Assembly (NCBI GenBank): GCA_944332265.1
Contig: CALVJQ010000002.1
Location: 652 to 64,651, forward strand
Source: an uncultured Bacilli bacterium
Lineage (GTDB): Bacteria > Bacillota_I > Bacilli_A > RF39 > UBA660
Direction of reading: 5' to 3'
Length of the DNA: 64,000 nt
The notes beneath the pieces are model-generated. The model searched no databases. It saw only the letters and a list, made by a program, of their open reading frames with translations, and was not told the DNA's origin. Within the stretch, counting starts at the first letter, position 1. The number at the start of each line of letters is the position of its first letter. The translations under genes were made by a program, and so were the position numbers. Below, one piece after another: positions 49,653-58,481 of the stretch.

Positions 49653-50340
49653 CGGCTGTATAACCTCCTTTCTTAGAATCTGAGGTTAAAACACCATTTT
49701 CTAAAGTAATAACTCTTTTTTTCATAGAATTTACAATATCTTTATCGTGTGTAACCATTACAACGGTTGTTCCCATATCTTTATTAATGCTATTAATTAC
49801 TTTTATAATTTCCTTTGATGTTTTAGGATCTAAGTTTCCTGTTGGCTCATCACATATCAGTAGTTTAGGCTCATTAACTATTGCACGAGCTATACAAACT
49901 CTTTGTTGTTCACCACCTGATAATTCATTTGGAAAACTTCTTGTTTTTTCTTTTAAACCAACACGATCTAGAGCTTTTATTACACGTGATTTTATGATAT
50001 TGCTTTTTAAACCCAAATTTTCGAGACCAAAAGCTACATTTTCATAAACTGTTAGTTTAGGTAATAATTTAAAATCTTGAAAAACAATACCTAACTTTCT
50101 TCTTAATTTATAAACACGACTATTATATAGCTTAGCAACATTTATTCCACCAACCATTACTTGACCTTTTGTTGGTTTTTCTTCACGGTAAAGTAGTTTT
50201 ACTAAAGTTGATTTTCCACAACCAGAGGCTCCTGTAACAAAGACAAATTCGCCTTTTTCAATTGATAATGATAAATCAGCAATTGCCGTTACGCCATTTT
50301 TATAAACTTTGTAGCAATTTTTTATATCAATGAATTTCAT
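49630..50340 (-). CDS. ftsE: cell division ABC ATPase FtsE
   Basis: Walker A GASGCGKST, signature LSGGEQQR, Walker B LLICDEPT. ATG at 50340 after AAGGTGG. Confidence 0.85.
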   Translation of the reverse strand: MKFIDIKNCYKVYKNGVTAIADLSLSIEKGEFVFVTGASGCGKSTLVKLLYREEKPTKGQVMVGGINVAKLYNSRVYKLRRKLGIVFQDFKLLPKLTVYENVAFGLENLGLKSNIIKSRVIKALDRVGLKEKTRSFPNELSGGEQQRVCIARAIVNEPKLLICDEPTGNLDPKTSKEIIKVINSINKDMGTTVVMVTHDKDIVNSMKKRVITLENGVLTSDSKKGGYTADESHKNI

Positions 50341-50396
50341 TATACACCACCTTATCATATTAATTATAGCAAAGAAACAAGCTAAAAAAAACCCCT

Positions 50397-51293
50397 TTAC
50401 AAAAAGGGGAATTGTTCTTTACGTTGTCCTCCGTAAACTTCATAACAGTCACTAATTATAAAGAAAGCTTCGGGGTCTATTTTAGCAACGACGTTTTTAA
50501 ACATATAGTAATCCTTAGTAGGAACAACACACATTATTAAATCGTTGGTTTCTTTTGAATAACCTCCTTTTGTATGCATAATAGTGTATCCACTCTTAAT
50601 CTCTTGAATAAAGGAAGTAATTTCATCAACTTTCTTACTATGGATATAAAACATTTTACTATTGGATATACCTAACATGATTTTATCTACTAAGATACCA
50701 TTGATTGCGACTATTATTATAGAATATATGGCATTATTTATACCAAAGACAACAGCGCCGAAAGCAATTATTATCGCATAAATTATAAAGGAAGCTGTTC
50801 CAGTTGGAATTTTAAAATATTTATTAAATAATTGAATAATTATATCTGTTCCACCAGTTGAAAAGCCAATTTTATATAAAAAGCCATTAGCAGTTCCAAA
50901 AAGTAAAGCACTTATAATAGCAGTTATTAAAAAATTATCAAATACTAGTTGTTCTGCAAGATGAAGGCATATGTCTTCTGTTAATGAAACAAAAACGGGA
51001 TATAATATTGAGCCAATAATTGTTAATCCGGTACTTTTAGGTCCGAGAAAGATAAAGCTAATAATGACTAATATAATATTAGTAACGAAAATAAAAGTAG
51101 CGGGGTTTATATTCATTAACTCATGAAAGATAGTAGCAATACCACTTGTGCCACCAATTGCTAGATTGTTATACAATAAAAATGTATTATAGTTTATTGC
51201 TAAAACTAAAACGCATATAATAACAACGATTAATCGTGACCAGAAGTTTTTTGATCTTACTTCATCAATTAATTCTCTATAATTGAATTTCAT
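50397..51293 (-). CDS. YitT-family membrane protein (DUF161 plus C-terminal DUF2179)
   Basis: 5 TM helices with 'GGTSGIATI' and a soluble C-terminal domain. The start is assigned to the ATG after AGGTGA; coordinates are uncertain by 1 nt. Confidence 0.6.
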   Translation of the reverse strand: MKFNYRELIDEVRSKNFWSRLIVVIICVLVLAINYNTFLLYNNLAIGGTSGIATIFHELMNINPATFIFVTNIILVIISFIFLGPKSTGLTIIGSILYPVFVSLTEDICLHLAEQLVFDNFLITAIISALLFGTANGFLYKIGFSTGGTDIIIQLFNKYFKIPTGTASFIIYAIIIAFGAVVFGINNAIYSIIIVAINGILVDKIMLGISNSKMFYIHSKKVDEITSFIQEIKSGYTIMHTKGGYSKETNDLIMCVVPTKDYYMFKNVVAKIDPEAFFIISDCYEVYGGQRKEQFPFL

Positions 51294-51353
51294 ATTATTC
51301 ACCTATTTTTATTATACTATATTTATTTTTATTTGCATATATTGCTTTAAGAG

Positions 51354-51716
51354 GTGATAAAAATGGATGGTAATTATTACCAAAATCCAACGTTTCCATC
51401 ATTAAATGATAAGAAGGATAATTTTTCTTTTGAAGAAGGATACCAAGCAGGACAATTAGCTGATATACCTATGCAACAAAGTTATATTGAAAATATTTTA
51501 AGACATAATAAAGGGAAAAAAGTTAAGGCTTATGTTAGTTTTCCTGATGCTAAAGATTGGAAAGATAAAGTCTTTGAAGGAACTATAGAACAAGCAGGTA
51601 GAGATCATTTAATTATTCGTGATTATCAAAATGGACATTGGTATTTAATTTTGATGATATATTTGGATTATGTTGAGTTTGATGAAAAAATTGATTATAC
51701 AGAAAACAAGTTTTAA
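51354..51716 (+). CDS. GerQ-like spore-coat protein family candidate
   Basis: C-terminal segment 'YIENILRHNKGKKVKAYVSF...GTIEQAGRDHLIIRD...WYLILMIYLDYVEFDE' resembles the conserved GerQ/YwdL core as I remember it. GTG start after AGAGGTGA. Confidence 0.35.
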   Translation: MIKMDGNYYQNPTFPSLNDKKDNFSFEEGYQAGQLADIPMQQSYIENILRHNKGKKVKAYVSFPDAKDWKDKVFEGTIEQAGRDHLIIRDYQNGHWYLILMIYLDYVEFDEKIDYTENKF

Positions 51717-51739
51717 AAAGCTACTATTTAAGTAGCTTT

Positions 51740-52237
51740 TTAGATATATAATGAAAAATTTCTCTTTTCTTGACCTAATGTTGTTGATGGACCATGACCT
51801 GGATATATAGTTATTTCATCATCATATTTTTCTATTTCGTGAAGACTATTTATCATATCTTTTTGATTTCCTCCTAAATCAGTTCGACCAATGCCATTTT
51901 TGAATAAAAAGTCGCCACAAAACATAATTTTCTCTTTAGGGAAATAAAATGTTCTAGAATCAAAAGTGTGACCTGGGGTTTCTAACATGATAAAATTAAA
52001 ATTGTTATTATTAATATTATTAATTTCAACATTATAATAACTTAGAAGTTCTTCTAATGCTTCGATATGATCTTGATGAAAATGAGTTACTAAACAACCA
52101 ACAACTTTATTTTCATCTATTTCTTTTTTTATTTTAGGAAAGTCTGCACCAGGGTCAATTACTAAGCATTCATTATTGTTTTTTAAAATATAACAATTAG
52201 TCTCTAAAGGACCAACAATTACTTTTTTTATTTCCAT
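51740..52237 (-). CDS. MBL-fold metallo-hydrolase (glyoxalase II-like)
   Basis: HFHQDH motif and downstream His/Asp ligands; ATG after AGGTGG. Confidence 0.7.
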   Translation of the reverse strand: MEIKKVIVGPLETNCYILKNNNECLVIDPGADFPKIKKEIDENKVVGCLVTHFHQDHIEALEELLSYYNVEINNINNNNFNFIMLETPGHTFDSRTFYFPKEKIMFCGDFLFKNGIGRTDLGGNQKDMINSLHEIEKYDDEITIYPGHGPSTTLGQEKRNFSLYI

Positions 52238-52326
52238 TTTAACCACCTGTTTACATTTTATTATAAATTATTTCTTTTGTAAATTTAATAATATGCTATA
52301 ATTTATGTAGAATTGAGGTTATGTAT

Positions 52327-52872
52327 ATGCCAATATTATATAGTTTTTTATTTATTATAATTATTATTGGAGCTATTGGAATTTTGTATGTTTATCAATA
52401 TAATCAATTACAACATTCAAAGACTAAAATTGATCATGCTGAATGTTTAATTGATGAAGCTTTAAGAGAAAAGTATGATTTATTATTAAAAGCTGATAAA
52501 GTTATTCAATCTGAATTAAATGTAGATAAAACCTTTTTTAAAGGTTTAGACAAAGTTAAGAATGAAAATATTAGTAATTTTGACTTAGATAGAAAGTTAA
52601 CTGAGTTTATTAGAATTTTAGATCAAATAAAACTCGATTATCCAGATTTAACTAATAATAAAGGGTTTAAAGAAATAATTAGTGAAAACAAAAAGAATGA
52701 TGAAAAGTTACAAGCAGCTAAGTCATATTACAATAAATATACTAGTGAACTTAATGATTTAATTAGAAAGTTTCCATCTAATGTTGTAGCTAGAATGCAT
52801 GGTATAGAAATAAAATCTTTCTTTGATGGAAAAAATATGGAGGACGAAATCATAGATGATTTTAAATTATAA
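52327..52872 (+). CDS. LemA-family membrane protein (tentative)
   Basis: N-terminal TM helix then a coiled cytoplasmic domain ('EALREKYDLLLKA'); a bidirectional terminator AAATCTA-TTTAAG-TAGATTT follows at about 52876..52905. Confidence 0.45.
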   Translation: MPILYSFLFIIIIIGAIGILYVYQYNQLQHSKTKIDHAECLIDEALREKYDLLLKADKVIQSELNVDKTFFKGLDKVKNENISNFDLDRKLTEFIRILDQIKLDYPDLTNNKGFKEIISENKKNDEKLQAAKSYYNKYTSELNDLIRKFPSNVVARMHGIEIKSFFDGKNMEDEIIDDFKL

Positions 52873-52897
52873 AAAAAATCTATTTAAGTAGATTTTT

Positions 52898-53563
52898 TTA
52901 TTTGTCTAAAGACCAATCAATCTCTTTTAAATTATGTTCTTTTAAGAATTGATTAGTTTTAGAAAATGGATGGCTACCAAAGAAACCATAACGTGCTGAA
53001 AATGGAGAAGGATGTGGGGAAGTTAAAATCAAATGATGAGGATTAGTTATTAATTTAGCTTTTTCTTTAGCAAAATTTCCCCATAGTATAAATACTACTG
53101 GTTCTTCTTTGGTATTTAAAACTTTAATTATATAATCTGTTAAGAGTTCCCACCCTAAATTACGATGAGAAGCTGGCTTATCTTTTTCTACAGTTAAAAC
53201 CGCATTTAATAGCAAAACTCCTTCTTTGGCCCATTTAGTTAAATCGCCTTTAGAAGAAGGCTTTATTCCTAAATCACTTTCTAATTCTTTGTATATATTT
53301 TGTAATGATGGAGGAATCTTAATTCCTTCTTGAACAGAAAAAGATAAACCGTGAGCTTCGCCGACTCCATGATATGGATCTTGTCCAACAATGACGACCT
53401 TAGTATTGGCAAATGAAGTTAATTTTAGTGCATTAAAAACATAGTTTTTGGGAGGAAAGATTGTTTTAGTAGCATATTCATTTTCAATTATTTTATAAAA
53501 CTTTTTAAATCCTTCACTTTCCCATATAATTTTTAATTTTTCATCCCAATCATTACCTATCAT
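52898..53563 (-). CDS. ung: uracil-DNA glycosylase (family 1)
   Basis: 'VVIVGQDPYHG' and 'GVLLLNAVLTV...HSPLS'-type motifs; 221 aa. Confidence 0.9.
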   Translation of the reverse strand: MIGNDWDEKLKIIWESEGFKKFYKIIENEYATKTIFPPKNYVFNALKLTSFANTKVVIVGQDPYHGVGEAHGLSFSVQEGIKIPPSLQNIYKELESDLGIKPSSKGDLTKWAKEGVLLLNAVLTVEKDKPASHRNLGWELLTDYIIKVLNTKEEPVVFILWGNFAKEKAKLITNPHHLILTSPHPSPFSARYGFFGSHPFSKTNQFLKEHNLKEIDWSLDK

Positions 53564-53646
53564 ATTATCACCACTATTTATTAATTTAACATAATTAATA
53601 TTTAATGTTAATTCTTTTCATAAAAAAAGAGTAAATTTTACTCTTT

Positions 53647-53940
53647 TTATGATAATTTATTTATGATATCACTCATTTTTAAGTGAAAATCGCAAATTGA
53701 GTTTTGAATAGAATTTGTTAATACTAGTATTGCTTCAACAAAATCATCTTCTGTATAATTTTTGTTTTTTAAATCGGTTAGTTCTTTATTAATAATCATT
53801 TCATTTTCTGCACCTATTTCTTTACAAAATCCATTTGAGATAGCTGCAAGCATTTTTAATTGTTCAAAAACTATTTCTTGTTTTTCTCTTAATGGTAATT
53901 TTTTAATATCACTTAAATATTCATTAAAATCGTTTTCCAT
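53647..53940 (-). CDS. hypothetical protein (97 aa)
   Basis: ORF with short spacing to the downstream gene; no recognisable motif. Confidence 0.4.
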   Translation of the reverse strand: MENDFNEYLSDIKKLPLREKQEIVFEQLKMLAAISNGFCKEIGAENEMIINKELTDLKNKNYTEDDFVEAILVLTNSIQNSICDFHLKMSDIINKLS

Positions 53941-53948
53941 AAATCCTC

Positions 53949-55682
53949 CTAAAATAATTTTCTGGCTTCTTCAATATCTTTTTCAGTAACTTCTTCTTTT
54001 TGAGCTAATCTATTTAATTTAGCATATGACCCAGTTACTTTAGCAATTGTTCTTTGTAATTTATTCATACCATAGAATCTCTGTCTTGCTTGTTCTATTT
54101 CATTAGTGAATTCTCCTCTTGTTTTTGCAGAGCCTTCTTTTACTTGACTAGCTTTTACATAATATAAGTTAAATAATGGTTCTTCACCAAAATAGTCTTT
54201 ACAAACAGCTATTTTATTCATTTCATTTATTTTACTTTGTTCTTCAGTCATTTCTTGTTGGTTATTAACATTTATTTTTCTAGCTATTAATGATGCGAAA
54301 CAATCTTGTAAATATTTTAATGAATCGTTTCTTGACTCTTGAATCCTTCTTATTTCCTCTTCGCTTTGACTATATAAATTATTATTATATTGTTGATTTT
54401 TTAAAATATTGTAAAGTGATACTAATTGGTCAACTGACATTAATCTTGTTGCAGTAGATAACTTACTATAATATTCTACTTGGTTTCGACTATTAATTGA
54501 TCCCCATTTTCTAATAGAATCTATAATTTTGTTATTTATTGCCATTTTCAATTCTTCTGGAGTAACTAATCTAGGATTATTTTCATTAATATGGAACACT
54601 TCTTCATATGTACCTGATAATTGCGTTTTTATAGCATTTTTGATTTTTTCTTGTTCTTCTCTTGGTAATGCATTATATTGTTTTATATAGTTATTATAAG
54701 CTTGTGTATAAATTTCTATACTATTTCCCATTTTTAATTTACGCATTAAAGAACGAGAGTTTAATTGTGTTTTTATGTCATTACCAAACCCATCATTATT
54801 TAACAAATATTGAATTTGAGAATGGTAACAAGCTACTGCTAATTCCATTAGTGCGTACACTGAGTTACGACTATGAAATTGGTCTTTTTTAAATAATCCT
54901 TTGTCGTTACTATACTTATTTGATAATCTATTCATTTCAAAAGCTTCTGCTACAATATCATCAAAACTGTATGTTCCATATCCTGTATATGCATCGCGGA
55001 TTTCTTGCTTTTGTTCATATGTTAAACCAGTTATAGCTGTTCTTGGATCTTCAAGTTTTTTAATTATATTTTCATTAATTTCTTTTTGCTTTTCTTCGTC
55101 AGTTAAATATTTTGAAGAATATAATTCTGGTTTTTTTTCTGGAGTTGATGTTCTAGTTGTATATATTGTTCTTACATCAGATGTTGGGTAAGTTGTAGTA
55201 GAACGTGGTTGAGTTTGTTGTTTAACTTCTGATTTTTTTACTTCTTTTTCTCTTCTTAGAAGTTGGTCAAGTTCAACACTATTGATTATATATGATTCTA
55301 GATATCCTCTAGCACAATCTATTGGATCGTTTGCTATTCTACTAGCTAGAGTAAATGCTTCTCCATATTCAATTTTTATATCATTTCTCTTGAAACGAGT
55401 TTCAATTTCTTTTTCTATTGCTGATGAATTAAATGTTTTACTTTTTTCAATATCTTTTAAAGCATTATTGATTTTTCTTTGTATTTTTTTCTTTTCAGCA
55501 ATGTCTTGTGCTCTACTTAATTTGATATATAAATTATCAAGATTTTTTCTTTGACGATTATTTTTACATTTAATGTTTGATTCAGCAATATTAAACAATA
55601 TTAAAAATTTAACTACGTCTTTTCTTTTCTTTTTTATAGCAAGATCTTCTAGAGATTTATCTTCATTATACATTTTATACAC
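53949..55682 (-). CDS. large cytoplasmic K/E-rich hypothetical protein (577 aa)
   Basis: Long ORF with no TM or known catalytic motif. Confidence 0.5.
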   Translation of the reverse strand: MYKMYNEDKSLEDLAIKKKRKDVVKFLILFNIAESNIKCKNNRQRKNLDNLYIKLSRAQDIAEKKKIQRKINNALKDIEKSKTFNSSAIEKEIETRFKRNDIKIEYGEAFTLASRIANDPIDCARGYLESYIINSVELDQLLRREKEVKKSEVKQQTQPRSTTTYPTSDVRTIYTTRTSTPEKKPELYSSKYLTDEEKQKEINENIIKKLEDPRTAITGLTYEQKQEIRDAYTGYGTYSFDDIVAEAFEMNRLSNKYSNDKGLFKKDQFHSRNSVYALMELAVACYHSQIQYLLNNDGFGNDIKTQLNSRSLMRKLKMGNSIEIYTQAYNNYIKQYNALPREEQEKIKNAIKTQLSGTYEEVFHINENNPRLVTPEELKMAINNKIIDSIRKWGSINSRNQVEYYSKLSTATRLMSVDQLVSLYNILKNQQYNNNLYSQSEEEIRRIQESRNDSLKYLQDCFASLIARKINVNNQQEMTEEQSKINEMNKIAVCKDYFGEEPLFNLYYVKASQVKEGSAKTRGEFTNEIEQARQRFYGMNKLQRTIAKVTGSYAKLNRLAQKEEVTEKDIEEARKLF

Positions 55683-55752
55683 TCTCCTATTGTATTAATT
55701 ATATCATATTAAATTATAAATCAAAAAAAAATGATATAAATTTTATATCATT

Positions 55753-56190
55753 TTACTTATGGTATGTTTCATTATTTAGAATTTTAAACGAACGATATAT
55801 TTGCTCTAATAACATACCTCTAAATAATCCATGAGGAAATGTAAGTTTGGAAAATGATAAACGATAGTTAGCTCTTTTCTTTATAGTTTCATCTAAGCCA
55901 TAAGAACTTCCTATGATGAAAGTTATTGTACTATGACTAAGAAAAGTATTATCGATTTTTCGAGCTAATTCTTCAGAAGAAATATTTTCTCCTTGAATAT
56001 CTAGCGCTATTACATAATCTTGGTTGTTGATATGTTTGGAAATATCAACAGCTTCTTTTTTTAAATCATTAGAATCATTTAATTCTATTATTTCAATTCT
56101 ATGATAACGAGAAATTCGTTTTTGATAGTCAGAGATTAATTTTTTTAAGTATTCTTCTTTTATTTTACCAAGACATATTATTTTAATCAT
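55753..56190 (-). CDS. rlmH: 23S rRNA (pseudouridine1915-N3)-methyltransferase RlmH
   Basis: SPOUT fold, 'MIKIICLGKIKEEYLKKLISDYQKRISRY...IEL'; conserved position after yycJ. Confidence 0.85.
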   Translation of the reverse strand: MIKIICLGKIKEEYLKKLISDYQKRISRYHRIEIIELNDSNDLKKEAVDISKHINNQDYVIALDIQGENISSEELARKIDNTFLSHSTITFIIGSSYGLDETIKKRANYRLSFSKLTFPHGLFRGMLLEQIYRSFKILNNETYHK

Positions 56191-56960
56191 ATTTCAATCA
56201 ACTCACTTTTTTCTCTTTGTTTAGCACATGAGATATTAGTAAATTCTATATCATATTCAGTAAATATTTCTTTTATTGTATTTAATGCTTTTTCTTCAGT
56301 ATTATTTTTATGGGATAAATGAGTAAGTAGAATTTTTTTAGTATCTGGGCCAATTATTTTTGCTAAATAGATTGCACTATCTTTATTTGATAAGTGTCCA
56401 TATGGCCCCATAACACGATCTTTTAACCAACGAGGATAAGGACCATTAAGGAGCATTTCAACATCATGGTTACTTTCAAATAAATAGACATTTAGATTTG
56501 ATAATTGGGCAAAATTTTTAGTATTAATATAGCCAGTGTCGGTCATATAAGCCATCGATTTTCCTTTACTACGAAGAATAAAACTGCGAGAATCTGATGT
56601 ATCATGAGAAGTTTTTAAAATTTCAACTGTTACATCTGTAAGATTAACAATTTCATCATATAAAACTATTCGATCATAGTATTTTAAATCTTCTAATTCA
56701 GAAAACATTTTTGGGCTTACGCATATTACAGGATGATATTTTTTTATAAGATTTTTTAAGGCTTTAATGTGATCATCATGAACATGAGTAATAAATATAT
56801 AATCTATATCCTCTAAATTAACAGATATCTCTGAAAGTTTATCTTTTATATATTTTACAGTCATTCCTGCATCTAATAGAATTTTGTGTTCATCGGTTTC
56901 GACATATGTTACGTTTCCTTCTGAACCACTTGCTAAATTACATATTTTCATTAGCGCCAT
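56187..56960 (-). CDS. YycJ/WalJ-like MBL-fold metallo-hydrolase
   Basis: 'ITHVHDDH' motif, 257 aa; overlaps rlmH (ATGA) and the upstream M23 gene. Confidence 0.75.
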   Translation of the reverse strand: MALMKICNLASGSEGNVTYVETDEHKILLDAGMTVKYIKDKLSEISVNLEDIDYIFITHVHDDHIKALKNLIKKYHPVICVSPKMFSELEDLKYYDRIVLYDEIVNLTDVTVEILKTSHDTSDSRSFILRSKGKSMAYMTDTGYINTKNFAQLSNLNVYLFESNHDVEMLLNGPYPRWLKDRVMGPYGHLSNKDSAIYLAKIIGPDTKKILLTHLSHKNNTEEKALNTIKEIFTEYDIEFTNISCAKQREKSELIEI

Positions 56961-58462
56961 AATGTTCGAGGATTATATGAACGACTACCTGGGCTATATG
57001 GTTTGCCACGGAATAAACCAAAATGCAAATGTGTTCCTGTTACATTTCCGGTATTTCCCATAGCTGCGATTCTTTGTTTTCTACTAACTCTTTGCCCTGC
57101 TTTAACATATACTTTGGAACAGTGAGCATATACAGTAAACCAACCGTTTTGATGATCGATTACAACGTTTAAGCCTGCGTCACGACCAACTATTCCACTG
57201 TATTGTGCTTGAACTACGACGCCATCTAAAGAGGCATATACTGGAGAACCATATCCAGTACCTGAAATATCCATTCCATCATGTAGAGTTCCCCAACGAT
57301 AACCATATTCACTAGTAATAATATATGGTGAATTGGTTGGCCATGCCCAAGCAGCCCCAGTATCAACATATTGTGTACTTGATTGCCAGCCATTTGAAGA
57401 TGGTCTTTTTTTAGTACCTTTAATTGTTATTTTATTTTGAACTGGTCTAATTACAATAGGAACTCCTATAATTGTTCCTCCTGAACTTTGTTCTCCATTT
57501 ACAAATTGTACACGACTCGTAATACGATTTATTCCATTTATACCCTCTTGTTTTACTTTAGAATAATTGGTATATTTACTAGAATCATTTTCAACAACAC
57601 TTTGATATTGTTGTTCAACATCAGATGTAATTAGTTCTTCATATACTAAGCTTAAGACAGGATCGATTAGGGCAACATTTATTTTTTGGCCGATAGCCAA
57701 TAATGTATCAGAACTTTTTATATCATCATTTGCAATAAGTAATTCTTCAACATTTAATTTATTTTTTTCAGCAATAGATGAAACTGTATCTCCTTGAGTA
57801 ACGGTATATTCTATTTGTGATTCGTTTTCACCAAATAGAAGATATTTAGTTAATTCATTAGCATCTGTATAGATTGTTTCATCTGTACTAATATATGATT
57901 CTTTAATAGTTATATTATCTTTAAAATACATATTTTCTATTATATAGCCAGTATCGATTATTTCAGCTTGTGTATCAGTTAGATATTGTTCATATCTTTC
58001 TTCGCCGATAAATGTAGCTACAACATTATTTAAAGCTTCTTCAAAAACGTTTTGATCTAAGACATAAATATAAGTTGGAGTTGCATTTTCAACATCAGGT
58101 TTTATTGTTATGGTGTATCCTTTTACAGTGAATTTTTTCTCGTCTTTAATTGAATCATATACTTTTTTTACGGTTGTTACTTCTTTATCGTAAGTATTTT
58201 TTTTTACTATTTGGAAGCCTTTAGGAGGATATACTTGATCAACATTATATTCGTCTTTTATTTCACTTTGTTCTTTATTTATTAAAGAATAAAGTTCATC
58301 TTTTGATTTTATTAAACCAATTTTATTACCATCAAGATATACTTGATATATTTGGGTAGCTTTAGTATATTTTTCTTCTTTTATAAAACTAAAGACAGTT
58401 AATATACTAATAAAAGTAATTAATAAGATACAAAGAATTTTACTTTTTATAGGTACTTTCAT
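56951..58462 (-). CDS. signal-anchored LysM-M23 peptidoglycan metalloendopeptidase (paralog A)
   Basis: N-terminal TM; a conserved 'YQVYLDGNKIGLI' N-domain; a LysM ('YTVTQGDTVSSIAEK...'); C-terminal M23 (HDGMDI ... HLHFG). Confidence 0.75.
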   Translation of the reverse strand: MKVPIKSKILCILLITFISILTVFSFIKEEKYTKATQIYQVYLDGNKIGLIKSKDELYSLINKEQSEIKDEYNVDQVYPPKGFQIVKKNTYDKEVTTVKKVYDSIKDEKKFTVKGYTITIKPDVENATPTYIYVLDQNVFEEALNNVVATFIGEERYEQYLTDTQAEIIDTGYIIENMYFKDNITIKESYISTDETIYTDANELTKYLLFGENESQIEYTVTQGDTVSSIAEKNKLNVEELLIANDDIKSSDTLLAIGQKINVALIDPVLSLVYEELITSDVEQQYQSVVENDSSKYTNYSKVKQEGINGINRITSRVQFVNGEQSSGGTIIGVPIVIRPVQNKITIKGTKKRPSSNGWQSSTQYVDTGAAWAWPTNSPYIITSEYGYRWGTLHDGMDISGTGYGSPVYASLDGVVVQAQYSGIVGRDAGLNVVIDHQNGWFTVYAHCSKVYVKAGQRVSRKQRIAAMGNTGNVTGTHLHFGLFRGKPYSPGSRSYNPRTLWR

Positions 58463-58481
58463 GTATAGCCTCCTTTCCTTT

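Noticed and set aside
50397-51716. Apparent 1-nt offset between printed sequence and ORF-track coordinates around the yitT and gerQ-like gene starts.
   Set aside because: This is most likely a counting or formatting artefact. Track coordinates are used for CDS ends, and hand-derived start positions there carry a 1-nt uncertainty.
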